Source: Eledone cirrhosa (lineage: Eukaryota). From it: a DNA stretch of 64,000 nt. Of the stretch, positions 22,724-37,208 are shown piece after piece. The translations under genes were made by a program, and so were the position numbers. The stretch's first letter is position 1, and each line of letters opens with the position of its first letter. Where the stretch lies: NCBI GenBank assembly GCA_964016885.1, contig OZ024746.1, positions 45,136,001 through 45,200,000 on the forward strand, given 5' to 3'. A model generated the notes under the pieces. It had not been told where the DNA came from. It was given only the letters and a program-made list of their open reading frames with translations, and searched no databases.

Positions 22724-25700
22724 TTTCTTTATTAACCACAAGGGTTTACATAAAGTAGACATTAAGGACAGTGCAGGACAATGCAGGACGGTACAAATGG
22801 GCATTTCTGCGTGTAAAAAATAAAAACAGAGGTTGTAACAAAAAATAACAATGAAAAATTCCCCAATAGGGGGGAGACTTCGGAGGGACATCTCCCAGTT
22901 TTCAACCTTTAATTTACAGATATATACTCAGAGTAGGCCCATTCACTCGGGCCATTCTTGCTTCTCTCACCCATCTTTCAACAAAATGCTGGGAAGAGAG
23001 CACTTCCCTCTCTACTCTGATTTTCCTTTTCAAAGGAAATTTGAAAAAGTCAATCAGAGCATCACCGAAGAGGTAAGTGCTCGTCTTCAGCCCTTTCAAA
23101 CGTGTCCACCATACTATCTATTTCGCCATGGCCACCAGGCACATAAAAACTGCCTGCCCTTCCCGGCTAAAGGACTCAGATGGACTCAGATTATAGCCGG
23201 ATCCGTCCTAAACGCGACAGCAGGTGTTCGACATAAACCCACAAGTCAGCAATGCTCGGACACTGGACGAGTGCGTGCAGGACGGTTTCGTCGCCCTGCG
23301 CGCATCTCGGACATGCCCGGCTGACGGCACCTCCATGCCTGTAGAGTTTATCCCGAACTGGCAAGGCTCCTCGGTAGCACTTCCAGGCCAGAGAATTCTG
23401 GAAGTTGTCCATAGGCCCTGGCCCGAAAGTTGTTCCGAAGAGATTGGCTAGTTGATTTTAGTCGACGCCTAGAGTTTCCCCAAGTACGTCGTCGCCCTTC
23501 CCCTCCACTAATCCTCTATAGAACGCCGAGGTGGAGTTTCCACCGATCACATTGCCCGATTGGTCGAGGGCTGTGAGCGCCTGAAGACATTCCAGTCTCC
23601 AGGCGCTCCCTCTCGGTCTTCGCTTGACCCAGGACTGCAGCTACGTCAAGGAAACGACCTGGGGAAAGACGTGTCTAGCAAACGGCGACCACACCTGATC
23701 ACCGTCGAGGAAGAGGTGGAGATGTCGTAGCATGAGCGCATGCCTGCGCATCATCAGCCACGGCATGCCCAGCCCTCCACGTAGCGGGTGTTGACAACAG
23801 ATGGACCGCCTGACCATCGGAGCGCGTCCCTTCCACAAAAAGCGAAAGAGCAAACGCTCCAGCGCAGTCAGGCGAGGCTTAGGACAAGGTACGACGGTCA
23901 GGCGGTAGCAGATGACGGACGCGATGTACGCGTTAGCCACCTCCGCTCGACCTTTCAGGGATAGCTTCCTCTCGGCCCATTTCTGGGTGAGAGAAGCCAC
24001 CCTGCTCGTCACCTCGTCCCGGTTTTTGTCCGTCTGGAGGTCCGGACCGAACCAGACCCCTAGCAATTTAACCGGTCCGTCCGTCCAGCGTCCGACGACG
24101 CTGTTGGACGGCATGGACCTGCCTCTCCAGGTGCCGAGCTGCAGCCCCACTGACTTTTCCTGGTTGATCATTGCTCCTGTCACCGCTTCGTATTCTCTTA
24201 GTGTAGTGCCGATCGCCTCGATGTGTTTGGCGTTCGACACCTCTACGGTGACATCGTCCGCATATGCTGACACGGATCTTCCGCATCCAAGTTCGCGCAG
24301 GACGCCCCTCAACGTCTCCAGTTTGTGCAGTAATGGCTCGAGAGTCAATACGTACAAGAGGGACGAGAGGGGACATCCTTGGCGGACCGAGCGCATGATG
24401 TTGAACGGTTCCGACAGGTGACCGTTCACTCTCACCACAGAGCAGATGTCGCTGTGCATGGCAGCGATCCAGCCTCTGAAGACGGGCCCAAAGCCAGCCG
24501 ACCTCAGGACTGCCGCTAGGTAACGATGGTCGACCCTATCGAAAGCTTTCGACTGATCTAAATTGATCAAGGACCCACCCGTGCCAGGTTCCCTAGCTAC
24601 CCTCTCTACGATGTATCGCATAAGGTGGAGGTTGTCGTGGAAGGATCTGTCGGGAATGGCGCATGTCTGCGCCTCTCCCACCAGACCACCAACGACAACC
24701 GCCAACCCCTTTGCTAGCACCTTGGCAAAAATCTTGAACTCTGTGTTTAGCAGAGTTATGGGCCGGTAATGATCTATGTTATCCCCCTTGTTCGGATCCT
24801 TTCTCAGCAGTGCCACCGCTCCTCGGCTCACAGAACTGGGAATTCTCCCGTTCTGTTGCCAGTTGCAGTAGACGTCCGCCAAGAGGCCTCCGAAAAAGTC
24901 TGGCATCTGTACGTAAAGTTCATAGGGCAGACCATCCAAACCAGGCGATTTACCACTTGTGCAGCCAGTTATTGCCTCCCTTACTTCAGCGGCTGTTATC
25001 GGCTTTTCGCAACACTTCGCCTCAGTGGGCGAGAGCCGCGGCAGTCCGTCGAGGTAGACACTAAAGTCCATCCCTCGACCCGGCGCACCGCTGCCCCCGA
25101 ACAGCTGAGCGAAGTGTCGCTGAAAAGCTTCACACATTTGCCCGGGATCGAGTAGCATGCGCCCGTCGTGGTCCACCAAAGACCGGATCGTGGCTTTGTT
25201 GCCACGAAGCGCCTCCGCCACTCGGGCCCATTGAACGGCTTTCGTCCCCTCGTGTCTGAGAGCACGCACCCTTGCTCTGACAACGCAGCCTTCGTGCTTT
25301 GCATTGAAGAATTAGTCAAGGGCGAATTTCGCCGCAAGCACGTCGGTCGCAATGCCTTTGCTAAGCGCCTCGTCTAATTTTCTAACTAGTTCTCCCTCTG
25401 CTCTATTTGTCTCTATTGCTAAAGCCTTACTAAACCTAATGGATTCTATTCTAATCGCTCTTTTCAGAGCAAACCACCACTTGTTGTTGATGATGGCCCC
25501 CGTCAACGCCCGCTTAACTAGTTCGCTAATCCGGTCTCTGTAAGGACGCGTTTAGCTTCCAGTAGCCGGGTCCTCGTCTATGAAGCCTATCTAAGTCAAG
25601 CACACAGATCACGAATTGTGGTCCGTGTAGCTGACTATCTTAAATTGTGGACAGCCTATGCTAGACCTATCTATTTCTCTACAAAATACTCTATCTAGAT

Positions 25701-28651
25701 ATGATCTGGATGACCCTATGCGATTTGTCCAAGTCCACATTGGCACATTCGGGAAATCCAATCGGTACCTGTCAGACAGTTCAAAACGCCTGAGCAGGTT
25801 GGTGAGACTATTGCACCCTCCATCCCTATCCGCTAATCCCCCACAGTCCCAGCGTGCATCTAAGATCCCGTTCCAGTCGCCCACTAACACTAAAGAGCGG
25901 GACGTTCCAAGAAAGATCTCCAGACGCCGGAAGAAATCAGGCCGCCCTGCTCCTGTCGGGGCATAGACGGCCACTAGCCTGAAAGCTAGCCCCTCTCCGC
26001 TGGTCACGTCCAGCACCACCAGCTTACCCTCTGGGTCCAGGAATATGGCCCGTATGGCGAGATCCAAACCTCTCCGAAAAAGCACAGCAACTCCTCTCCC
26101 CGATCCAGGACGGCTGGGAGATGCGTACACATCGTAGCCGCCAAAGATCGGTGCGAAGGCCCGTGCTTCGGAGATTCTGGTCTCGCTGATGGCCACTACA
26201 TCTATGTTTAGTGACCTGAGGTCGTTGAGCAGGTGGCCCTGCTTCCATGACGACCCCAACCACGCGCATTTATGCTGCCTATTCTGAGTGAGGACATGTT
26301 TAAAATAGAGTGGAAAAGATGGGAAAGACCACTTACCGTACTTTTGGTAGAGGAGGGATGGTTTTTACATCCCTTTTCACTTGATCGTCTGGTGAAGGGA
26401 CCGTTGAATCGTCCCTTCGGCTGGTCGTCGGCTCTTCTAAGAGAATGTCTGAATATACTCTTCGATTGATAGTTCCTCCTAGGGCCCTGAAATCACCAAC
26501 TGCGTTGGGGAATTTCGTTTTAATGTTTGTGTATTGTTTCTGTGCTATTTTTAGCAGTCTTATGTTAGTTGGCGTTTTGATTGGTTCTGGTATTATGTAG
26601 TCCTGTTGTGAAATGTCTGTGTGTTCAATTATGTAAGTCATTAGTTTCTTGTTGTGTGTATTTATTGCCGTGCATTTGTTTTTCTGGGGGTGGGGTGGGG
26701 TTCTGCTATTTTCTTGTCGTTGTTGCTGGGTGTGTGTGTTTTGTTGTTGAGTTTGCGATGTTGGTGCTTGTGGTGGTGGTGTTGAAGGTGTTGTTGGCGG
26801 TGGGGTTGTCGCCAGTGGTGATGGTGGTGCTAGTGTGGGTGGTGATGGTGTTGGTGGTGTTGCTGCTGTGGGTCTCTTTGCAGTAGACTTTACCCTTTTC
26901 TCATTTCTTTCCTCCCTTTTCAAAGGCGACGATGCGCTGCTTCTGCGTTTGTGCCTTCTTACGACCTTTTGCCATCCCTCTCCCACCTCACACTCCATGT
27001 CTGATTCTGTGAGGTCGGGGAGGGGTACCAGCTCCACTCTTTCACTTGTTGTTGGTGATGTTTGCACTGGAGTCTCTGTTGCAGCTGCATTTGGTATTGC
27101 TGTTGTTGTTGTTAATATTTCCACTGCTGCTGCTGTTTTTGATTTCCGTGGCGTGGGTATGGGTGCCACGGACCTGTCGTTCCTGGTTGCCGCTTGTCCT
27201 GTTGCTGGTAGCCGTGGAGCCGGTTTCGGAAGGAGGGGAGTTTTCTCCTTTCTCAGGGTCTTCTCGTTGCAGAAGGCCCTGAGGTGAGTCTTCGATCCAC
27301 AGCGAAAGCATTTCGGGCGTTTACCCTCAACATTTATGGGCAGTTGAGTGCCGTTATCGAAGTCTATCACATCCGGGATAGCTTCGATGCACTCCTGGTT
27401 GGTTTGGATTAGCCTCTCAATTGAGGTGCCGACCCAATCTTCACTTACTTTTTTCTGTACTTGCAGTACAGTTGTTTTGTCCTCGATTCCGACGAGGACA
27501 GACGCGGCCAGCCAAGAAGGGGCCATTCCGGGTGGGGTGGGGGGGGACGTGGGTCAGTTTGACCCTCACAATTTTTTGCCCGCAGTAGGAGGGCACCAAC
27601 ACCATATCCTCGCTCCTTAGGGTCACTACGGATTGGGCCTTGCCTCCTGGGGTGTGGCAAAAAGTACGTCTACGGTGGCATATTTTTAGCCTCGGGTGAT
27701 GTGCGTTTTCCGCTGCCACACAGACCCCAAGGCTTTTTGTATTTGGGCCTCTGTGGCTCTTTCCACCCTACGGGATTTTGTACTTACTGTACGGTACGTG
27801 ACCGTACAGTGCTGTTGGGTTTCGAAAATTTGTTCCGCTGCCTTGCAGATTGCTCGGTGTCCATTCTTTGTCACCATCTTCTTCGCTTCCTCTAATTCCT
27901 CATTTGTTATGAGGATTGTTTCCAAGTTTTTCGCAATACCTGCAAATGAGATTGGTTTTTCTTTGCTGCTGTTGTTGTTGTTGTCGTCAGAGCTGCTGTT
28001 ACTTTTGTTGTTGCTGCAGGTACTACGACTACTGCCTTCGCCGCTGTTGCTGTGGTTGTTGTTGGTGTTGCTGCTTCTAATGCTGTTGTTGTCTATGCTG
28101 CTGGTGATGCTGTTGCGGCTGCTACTGTTGTTTTCATTGTCACTGTTGATGTTGTTATTACGGCTGCTACTGCTATTATTCCTGACGTCAGACGAATGAA
28201 CTGGGTTTTCGTATTTCCCGCACACCTGTTTCGTCGCTGTCGTCGTGGAGAAACCTTGCACGCTTTGCACGAGACTTTTCTTTTCTTTCGTCGCTTGCGA
28301 AAGAGAAGGGAGGGAGAGAGACACATTTAAAGAAGGGAGGGAGAGAGACAATCTTCTCTCTGCTGTAGTTATGATTGAGGAAGAAGAAGACGGAATGAGT
28401 GGGAGTGACATATGCAAATTCCTTTTCGTAGCCATGTTGATTTTTTTGTTTAAAATAAATATTGGGTACAAAATCCCAATAAGCAGTTATTTAACCCCGA
28501 AGGGCCAAATAACGGGCAGAAAGACCCCTCTCACGAGGAGGAGGGTGTTTTTGTCTACAAGTTGGTCTAGGTTTTAAACAATTTACAATTGTTATAGCGT
28601 TCAAAATTTACAGTACCTTACAGAGCCGAGCCTCCGTCAACCATAGCACTC
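22722..28651 (-). mobile_element. Tx1 full-length copy 2, disrupted
   Basis: Same 5' and 3' termini as copy 1. ORF2 pieces at 25609-26259, 23641-25269 and 23191-23412; ORF1 at 26333-28435 in pieces. Small deletions near 22890, 23172 and 25540. Confidence 0.95.
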
Positions 28652-28681
28652 AATAATAATAATAATAATAATAATAATAAT

Positions 28682-31465
28682 CAAAGCAACAGCAAATAGG
28701 GTGAGGAGATACTTGATATAAAAGGGAGAGGAAACAACAGACAAGAAAGAGCAGAACCTTGGTGGAAGAAACGACTGAGTGGTCAAATCAGGGAAATGAG
28801 AAATGACATTGGAAAGCTTGAGTCCCTACTGAATGGGACACTAAAAAACATAGACACTAAAAATAGACTGGAAATAAAGTACAAAACTAGGAGGAAAAAG
28901 CTAAATATTATCATAGAGGAACTGAAGCAACGCATTGTAGCAAAAAGTGCAAACATCAGGCGATACGAGTACAGAGTCAGTCAGTATAAACAGAACCGCA
29001 TGTTCGACAACAACCAGAAGATGCTGTTTGGACAGCTTGAAGGGAAAGAAAGAGGCAACGACCTGATCCCTGGGGTGGAACAAACTAAAACATTCTGGTG
29101 AGGAATATGGGAGCAGGATGTTAGACATAATGACCAGGCAGTGTGGATTGAGACAGTACAGAAGGAGATTAGTGAACAGGCACACCAACAAACTGATTTG
29201 AGTATCACAGTTGAAACTCTTAAAGGGCAGGCCAAAAAACTAACCAACTGGAAATCACCAGGCCCAGCTGGTGTGCAGGGCTATTGGATTAAAAATATAA
29301 CATTCCTGCACCCGAAACTAACAACCATGTTCAATGACTGCTTGATGTCAGGTGAGGTACCAGAGTGGTTGACAAAAGGTACCACAGTTCTGATAATGAA
29401 AGAGCGAATCAAGGGTAATGATGTTACCAACTATAGGCCTATCACATGTCTGTCCGTAATGTGGAAACTGTTGACGAGCATTATGTCTGAGGAAATCTAC
29501 CATCACCTCCACACAAACAACGTGTTACCGGACGAACAGAAAGGATGCCGAAAGAAGTCACGTGGTACAAAGGACTAGTTACTTATTGATAAGATGGTAA
29601 TGAGGAATTGCAAGAGGAGACACACTGATCTTGCCATGGGATGGATAGACTACAGAAAGGCATTTGACATGGTGCCTCATTCTTGGATCACCAAAAGCCT
29701 GGAGATCTTCAAGGTGGCAGATAACATCAGACAGTTGTTGGGCAAAAGTATGAAGTCCTGGGAAACAGAGTTGACATCAACTGGAGAATCCTTGGGAAGC
29801 GTGAAGATCAAGAGAGGTATCTTCCAGGGAGATAGCCTGTCCCCTCTGTTGTTTGTCCTTGCCCTGATGCCCCTGACCAGTGTACTGCGAAAAGTGAGAG
29901 CAGGATACAAGTTGGGAAAGGGAGAGCTTACCATCAATCACCTCCTCTTCATGGACGATCTTAAGCTCTTCGGGAAAAGTGAGAAGGAGTTTGATGTGTT
30001 TGTTGACACTGTCCGTATTTTCAGCAGTGATATATGTATGCAATTTGGTATTAGTAAGTGTGGAGTCATTGTGATGAGGAGGGGTAGGTTGAGCAGAAGT
30101 AACGGAATCCAGATATCAACAGGTGAGATGATAAATGAAATTGACTCTGAGGAAGGATACAAGTATTTGGGCGTTCTGGAGGCTGATGGCATAAAGAACA
30201 AAAAAATGAAGGAATTGTTAAGAACTGAATACATTCGTAGAATAAGGAGCGTATTGAAGTCACATCTGAACAGCAGAAATGCCATAAGCGCAGTACATTC
30301 CCGAGCTGTGTCTATTATTAGGTACAGTGCGGGAATTCTGAGATGGAATGTTGCTGAACAAAAAGAAATGGATAGGAAGACTAAGAAGCTATTGACTATC
30401 TACAACATGTTCCACAAGAGGAGTGATGTCGATAGACTCTACTTAAGGAGATCTGAGGGTGGAAGAGGTCTTATCAGCATAGAGGACTGTGTTCAGATGG
30501 AGAAAAACAACCTACACAAATACGTGACTGATAGTAAGGAGCCAATGCTCAGAACTGTACTGAAGGAGGGGACAATAGGCCAGGGGATGTCCAAGGAGGA
30601 AATAACATCAAGGAGAAAGAGCAGCCCTCAGGAAAAATCCCTTCATAGTACCTTCTTTGAGAAAACTGAATTTAGAGATCCACAGACATGGAACTGGTTG
30701 AAAGGAGGAGACCTTAAAAAGGCTACAGAAGGAATGTTAATGGCTGCGCAGGAGCAGGCCCTCAAAACGAAGTGGTTGAAGCACCATATTTACAAGGAGG
30801 TGCCTAGCCCACTGTGCAGGATCTGTGGAGAGAGAGAGAGGAGAGTGTGGCTCACATTGTATCCGAGTGTAAACACCTAGCCCAGACCCACTATAAGGGC
30901 TGGAGACATGATGTGATGGGCTGGGTGATCCACTGGCACCTGTGCAAAGTAAATAGTTTACCACATTCTGAGAAATGGTATGCGCATAAGCCACAGTCGG
31001 TGATAGAGAACGATCAGGTGAAGGTGCTGTGGGATTTTAGGATACAGATGGACAAGAAACTGGAACACAATAGGCCTAACCTGGTGGTTGTGGACAAAGA
31101 AAAAAGATCGTGCCTGATTGTGGATGTGGCCTTCCCATTCGACACGAGAGTGCAAGAGAAGGAGAGGGAGAAAATTAACCGATACCAGGACTTAAAGTGG
31201 GAGGTAAAAAGGATTTGGAACTGCCATGAAGTCAAAGTGATCCCGATTGTCATAGGCGCACTAGGGACTATCTCCAAAAGTTTCCAGGGATGGTTAAAGA
31301 AAATCGGCCCCTTCACGCTCTTTGGAAGGCTTCAAAAGGCATACTTGCTGGGAACAGCAAGAACCCTCCGATACGTCCTGAATATCTGAGGCCGCAGGTA
31401 GTGGCTTGATATTCATTTTAACAAACTTTCCAGTTAACTAACATCAATGACTGAGACTCAAGGAG
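28682..31465 (+). mobile_element. R4/Dong family B, 5'-truncated copy B2
   Basis: PWWKKRLSGQI N-terminal region, KSPGPAG, NYRPITCL, LFMDDLKLF, CCHC and endonuclease motifs. In-frame stops at 29099 and 29576; frameshift in the (GA)n run near 30835. (AAT)n on both sides. Confidence 0.93.
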
Positions 31466-31496
31466 TAATAACAATAATAATAATAATAATAATAAT

Positions 31497-34400
31497 GCTT
31501 TCTTTATTAACCACAAGGGTTTACATAAAGTAGACATTAAGGACAGTACATGAAAATACAGGACGGTACAAATCGGCATTTCTGCGTGTAAAAAAAACAG
31601 AGGATGTAATAAAAATAACAATGAAAATTTCCCCAATAAGGGGGAGACTTCCGAAGGAGATTTATGGAGAAATCCCATTAAAAGGCCAGTGACCCTGACC
31701 ACCAGGGCAAGTGCCCTCTCCCACTTTTCCACCTTTAATTTAAAGACACATACTCAGAGTAGGCCCATTCACTCGGGCCATACTTGCTTCTCTCACCCAT
31801 CTTTCAACAAAATGCTGGGAAGAGAGCACTTGCCTCTCTACCATGATTTTCCTTTTCAAATGAAATTTGAAAAAGTTAATCAGGGCATCACCGAAGAGGT
31901 ACGTGATCGTCTTCAGCCCTTTCAAACGTGTCCACCATACTATCTCTTTCGCCATGGCCACCAGACAGATAAAAACTGCCTGCCCTTCCCGGCTAGAGGA
32001 AGAGTGCGGGGCAATCCTCACGATGGACTCACCTGATAGCCGGATCCGTCCTACACGTGACAGCAGGTGTTCGACATAAACCCACAAGTCAGCAATGCTC
32101 GGACACTGGACGAGTGCGTGCAGGACGGTTTCGTCGCCCTGCGCGCATCTCCATGCCTGTAGAGTTTATCCCGAACTGGCAAAGCTCCTCGGTAGCACTG
32201 CCAGGCCAGGGATTTCTGGAAGTTGTCCATAGGCCCCGGCCCGAAAGTCCTTCCGAAGAGATTGGCTAGTTGATTTTCGTCGACGCCTAGAGTTTCTCCA
32301 AGTACGTCGTCGCTCTTCCTCTCCACGAATCCTCTATACAACGCCAAGGTGGAGTTTCCGATGACATTGCCCGATATGTCAAGGGCTGGAGGGCCTGAAG
32401 ACATTCCAGTCTCCAAGCGCTCCCTCTCGGTCTTCGCTTGACCCGTCAAGTAGACGAGCTGGGGAAAGACGTGTCTAGGAAACGGCGACCACACCTGATC
32501 ACCTTCGAGGAAGAGGTGGAGGTGTCGTAGCCTGAGCGCGTGTCTCCGCATCATCAGCCACGGCTTGCCCAGCCCTCCACGTAGCGGGTGTTGACAGCAG
32601 ATGGACCGCCTAACCATTGGAGCGCGTCCCTTCCACAAAAAGCGAAAGAGCAAATGCTCCAGCGCAGTCAGGCGGGGCTTAGGACAATGTACGACGGTCA
32701 GGCGGTAGTAGATAACGGACGCGATGTACGCGTTGGCCACCTCCGCTCGACCTTTCAGGCATAGCTTCTTCTCCGCCCATTTCTGGGTGAGAGAAGCCAC
32801 CCTGCTCGTCACCTCGTCCCGGTTTTTGTGCGTCTGGAGGTCCGGACCGAACCAGACCCCTAGCAATTTAACCGCTCCGTCCTTCCAGATCCCGAAGACG
32901 CTGTTGGGCAGCATGGACCTGCCTCTCCAGGGTTCATAGGGCAGACCATCCAAACCAGGCGATTTACCCCTTGTGCAGCCAGTCATTGCCTCCCGTACTT
33001 CAGCGGCTGTTATCGGCTTTTCGCAACACTCGGCCTCAGTGGCCTAGAACCGCGGCAGTCCGTCGAGGTAGACACTAAAGTCCATCCATCGATTCGGCCC
33101 GCCGCTGCACTCGAACAGCTCGGCGATGTGTCGCTGGAAAGCTTCACACATTTGCCCGGGATCGAGTAGCATGCGCCCGTCCTTGTCCACCAAAGACCGG
33201 ATCGTGGCTTTGTTGCCACGACGCGCCTCCGCCACTCGGGCCCATTGAACGGCTTTCGTCCCCTCGTGTCTGAGAGCACGCACCCTAGCTTTCGTGCTTT
33301 GCATTGAAGAATTGGTCAAGGGCCAATTTCGCCGCATCTACGTCGGTCGCGATGCCTTTGCTAAGCGCCTCGTCTAATTTTCTAACTAGTTCTCCCTCTG
33401 CTCTATTTTTCTCTATTGCTAAAGTCTTACTAAACCTAATGGACTCTATTCTAATCGCTCTTTTCAGAGCAAACCACCACTTGTTGATGACGATGGCCGC
33501 CGTCAACGATCGCTTAACTAGTTCGATAATCCGGACTATGTAGGCCTATCTAAGTCAAGCATACAGATCACGAATTTGTGGTCCGTGTAGCTGACTATCT
33601 TGAATTGTGGACAGCCTATGCTAGACCTATCTATTTCCCTACAAAATACTCTATCTAGATATGATATGGATGACCGTATGCGATTTGTCCACGTCCACAT
33701 TGGCACATTCGGGAAATCCAATCGGTACCTGTCAGACAGTTCAAAACGCCCGAGCAGGTTGGTGAGGCTCTTGCACCCTCCTCCCCTATCCGCTAATCCC
33801 ACACAGTCCCAGCGTGCATCTAAGATCCCGTTCCAGTCGCCCACTAACACTAAAGAGCGGGACGTTTCTAGAAAGGTCTCCAGACGCCGGAAGAAATCAG
33901 GCCGCCCTGCTCCTGTTGGGGCATAGACGGCCACTAGCCTGAAAGCTTGCCCTTCTCCCCTGGTCAGTCCAGCACCACCAACTTACATTCTGGGTCCAGG
34001 AAGATGGCCCGTATGGCGAGATCCAAACCTCTCCGAAAAAGCACAGCAACTCTTCCCCCAGATCCAGGACGGCTGGGAGATGAGTACACATCGTAGCCGC
34101 CGAAGATCGGTGCGAAGGCCCGTGCTTCGAATATTCTGGTCTCGCTGATGGCCACTACATCTATGTTTAGTGACCTGAGGTCGTTGAGCAGGTGGCCCTG
34201 CTTCCATGACGACCCCAAGCCCCGTACATTTATGTTACCTATTCTGAGTGAGGTCATGTTGAAATGGAGTGGAGAAGATGGGAAATACCACTTACCTTAC
34301 TTCTCGTAGAGAAAGGATGGTTTCTCCATCCCTTTTCACTTGATCGTCTGGTGAAGGGACCGTTGAATCGTCCCTTCGGCTGGTCGTCGGCTCTTCTATG

Positions 34401-36649
34401 AGTATATCCGAATATACTCTCCGGTTGAGAGTCCCTCCTAGGTCTCTGACATAACCAACTGCGTTGGGGAATTTCGTTTTAATGTTTTTGTAATGTTTCT
34501 GTGCTAGTCTTACCAGTCTTATGTTCGTTGGTGTTTTGATTGGTGCTGGTATGATGTAGTCGTGCTGTGAAATGTCTGTGTGTTCAATTATGTAAGTCAT
34601 TAGTTTCTTGTGTGTATTTATTGCCGTGCATTTGTTTTTCTGGGGGTGGGGTGTGATTCTGCTACTTTCTTGTCGTTGTTGCTGGGTGTGTGTGTTTTGT
34701 TGTTGTGTTTGCGATGTTGGTGCTTGTGGTGGTGGTGTTGAAGGTGTTGTTGTTGTTGACGGTGGGGTTGTCGCCGGTGGTGATGGTGGTGCTAGTGTGA
34801 GTCGTGATGGTGTTGGTGGTGTTGCTGCTGTAAGTTTCTTTGCAGTAGCCTTTACCCTTTTTTCATTTCTTTTCTCCCTTTTCGAAGGCGACGATCCACT
34901 GCTTCTGCGTTTGTTCCTTCTTGCGACCTTTTGCATACCTCTCCCACCTCACACTCCATGTATGATTCTGTGAGGTCGGGGAGGGGTACCAGTTCCACTC
35001 TTTCACTTGTTGTTGTTGGTGATGTTTGCAGTGGAGTTTCTGTTGCAGCTGCAGTTGGTATTACCGTTGTTGTTGTTAATTCTTCCACTGCTGCTGCTGT
35101 TCTTGATTTCCGTGGCGTGGGTATGAGTGCCACGGACCTATCCTTTCTGCTTGCCGCCTGTCCTGTTGCTGGTAGTAGGGGAGCCGGTTTCGGAAGGAGG
35201 GTGGTTTTCTCCTTTCTCAGGGTCTTCTCATTGCAGAAGGCCCTGAGGTGAGTCTTCGATCCACAGCGAAAGCTTTTCGGGCGTTTGCCCTCAACACTTA
35301 TGGGCAGTTGAGTGCCGTGATCGAAGTCTATCACATACGGGATAGCTTCAAAGCACTCCTGGTTGGTTTGGATTAACATCTCAATGGAGGTGCCGACCCA
35401 ATCTTCTCGTACTTTTTTCTGTACTTGCAGTACAATTGTTTTGTCCTCGATTCTGACGAGGACAGACGCGGCCATCCAAGAAGGGGCCATCCCGTGGGAG
35501 GGGAGGGGTGCATGAGTAAGTTTGACCCTCACAATTTTTCGCCCGCAGTAGAAGGGCACCAGCACCATTTCTTCGCTCCTTAGGGTCACTAATGATTGAG
35601 CCTTTGCATCCTGGGGTGTGGCAAAAAGCACGTCCACGGTGGAATATTTCTTGCCTCTGGTGATGTGCGTTTTCCACTGCCACACAGACCCTAAGGCTTT
35701 TTGTATTTGAGCCTCTGTGGCTCTTTCAACACTACGGGATTTTGTGCTTACTGTACGGTACGTGACCGTACAGTGCTGTTGGGTTTCGAAAAATGTTTCG
35801 GCTACCTTGCAGATTGCTCGGTGTGCGGTTTTCGTCACCATCTTCTTTGCTTCATGTAATTCCTCATTTGTTATAAGCATGGTTTCCAGGTTCTTTGCGA
35901 TACCTGCAAACGAGATTGGTTTTTCTTTCTTGTTGTTGTTGTTGTTGTCGTCAGAGCTGCTGTTACTTTTGTTGTTGCTGCTGGTACAAGGACTGCCGCC
36001 ACCGCTGTTGCTGTGGTTGTTGTTGTTGTTGTTGCTGCTGCTGCTGCTGTTGTTGTTGCTGCTGCTGATGCTCTTGCGGCTACTACTATTGTTTTCCTTG
36101 TCACTGTTGCTGCTGCTGCTGTTATTACGGCTGCTACGGCTATTATTCATGACATCAGACGAATGAAATGGCTTTCCGTATTGACCGCACACATTATTCG
36201 TCGTTGTCGTCGTCGTGGAGAAATGTTCCTCGGTTTGCACGTGCGCGAGGAAACTATCAGAAACTAAATCTTTCTTTTTCTTTACTAGCGTCGCTTGCGA
36301 AAGAGACGCGAGGGAGAGAGACACATTTAGAGAAGGGAGGGAGAGAGATAATCTTCTCTCTGATGTAGTGACGATTGAGGAAGAAGAAGACGGAATGAGT
36401 GAGAGTGACTTGTGAAAATTATTTTTTGTAGCCATGTTTTTTTTGGTTTAAAATGAATATTGGGCACAAACCCCGAATAAGCGGTTATTTAACCCCGAAG
36501 GGCCAAATAACGGGCAGAAAGAGCCCTCTCACGAGGAGGAGGGTGTTTTTATCTACAATTTGGTTAAAGTTTTAAACAATTTACAATTGTTATAGCGGTT
36601 AAAAATTACTGTACCTTACAGAGCCGAGCCTCCGTCAACCATGACATTC
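31497..36649 (-). mobile_element. Tx1 copy 3: both termini present, more diverged, RT core deleted
   Basis: Same termini; ORF1 at 34292-36435. At ~32930 the sequence jumps from the copy-1 equivalent of ~15409 to ~16196 (protein reads GLPYE-PWRGRS), removing roughly 790 bp of RT. Confidence 0.93.
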
Positions 36650-36705
<56 letters not shown>

Positions 36706-36710
<5 letters not shown>

Positions 36711-36895
36711 GTTTCCAGGGATGGTTAAAGAAAATTGGCTCCGCCCGCTTTTTGGAACACTTCAAAAGGCATGCTTGCTGGGAACAGCAAGAACCCTCCG
36801 ATACGTCCTGAATATCTGAGGCTGCAGGTAGTGGCTTGATATTCATTTCAACAAACTTTCCAGTTAACTAACATCAATGACTGAGACTCAAAGAA
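36706..36895 (+). mobile_element. R4/Dong family B, short 3'-terminal copy B3
   Basis: Matches 31277-31465 (SFQGWLKKIG...LRYVLNI* plus 3' UTR). Lies between AAT runs. Confidence 0.9.
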
Positions 36896-36911
36896 CAATA
36901 ATAATCATAAT

Positions 36912-37097
36912 TGTTTCTACTTTTGGCACAAGGCCAGCAAATACCCAGTACATTACTGGTACTTTATTTTATCGACTCCGTAGGGATGAAAGGCAAAGTT
37001 AACCTCGGCTGGATTTGAACTCAGATCGTATAGGGACGTATCTATGCTGGAAAGCATGTCCGACCCTCCACCGATACTGCCAATTCACCGCCCTAAC
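36912..37097 (-). mobile_element. tRNA-derived SINE, full length, in (AAT)n
   Basis: Head GGCGGTGAATTGGCAGTATCGGTGG, B box GAGTTCAAATCC, conserved core, tail AGAAACAATTATGATTATT. Confidence 0.88.
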
Positions 37098-37136
<39 letters not shown>

Positions 37137-37137
<1 letters not shown>

Positions 37138-37196
37138 TGCGGTGCCCCAGCATGGCCGCAGCAGGATGGCTGGAACAGGTAAAAGAGTAAAAGTGT
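37137..37196 (+). mobile_element. Short 3'-end fragment of a second retroelement
   Basis: GCGGTGCCCCAGCATGGCCGCAGCAGGATGGCTGGAACAGGTAAAAGAGTAAAAG is nearly identical to 59090-59147. Both copies sit inside microsatellites. Confidence 0.7.
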
Positions 37197-37208
37197 AATA
37201 ATAATAAT

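Noticed and set aside
20837-36649. Tandem segmental duplication of a Dong-B + Tx1 unit
   Set aside because: The Dong copies have different truncation points and the adjacent Tx1 copies belong to different sequence variants. Independent insertions fit better.
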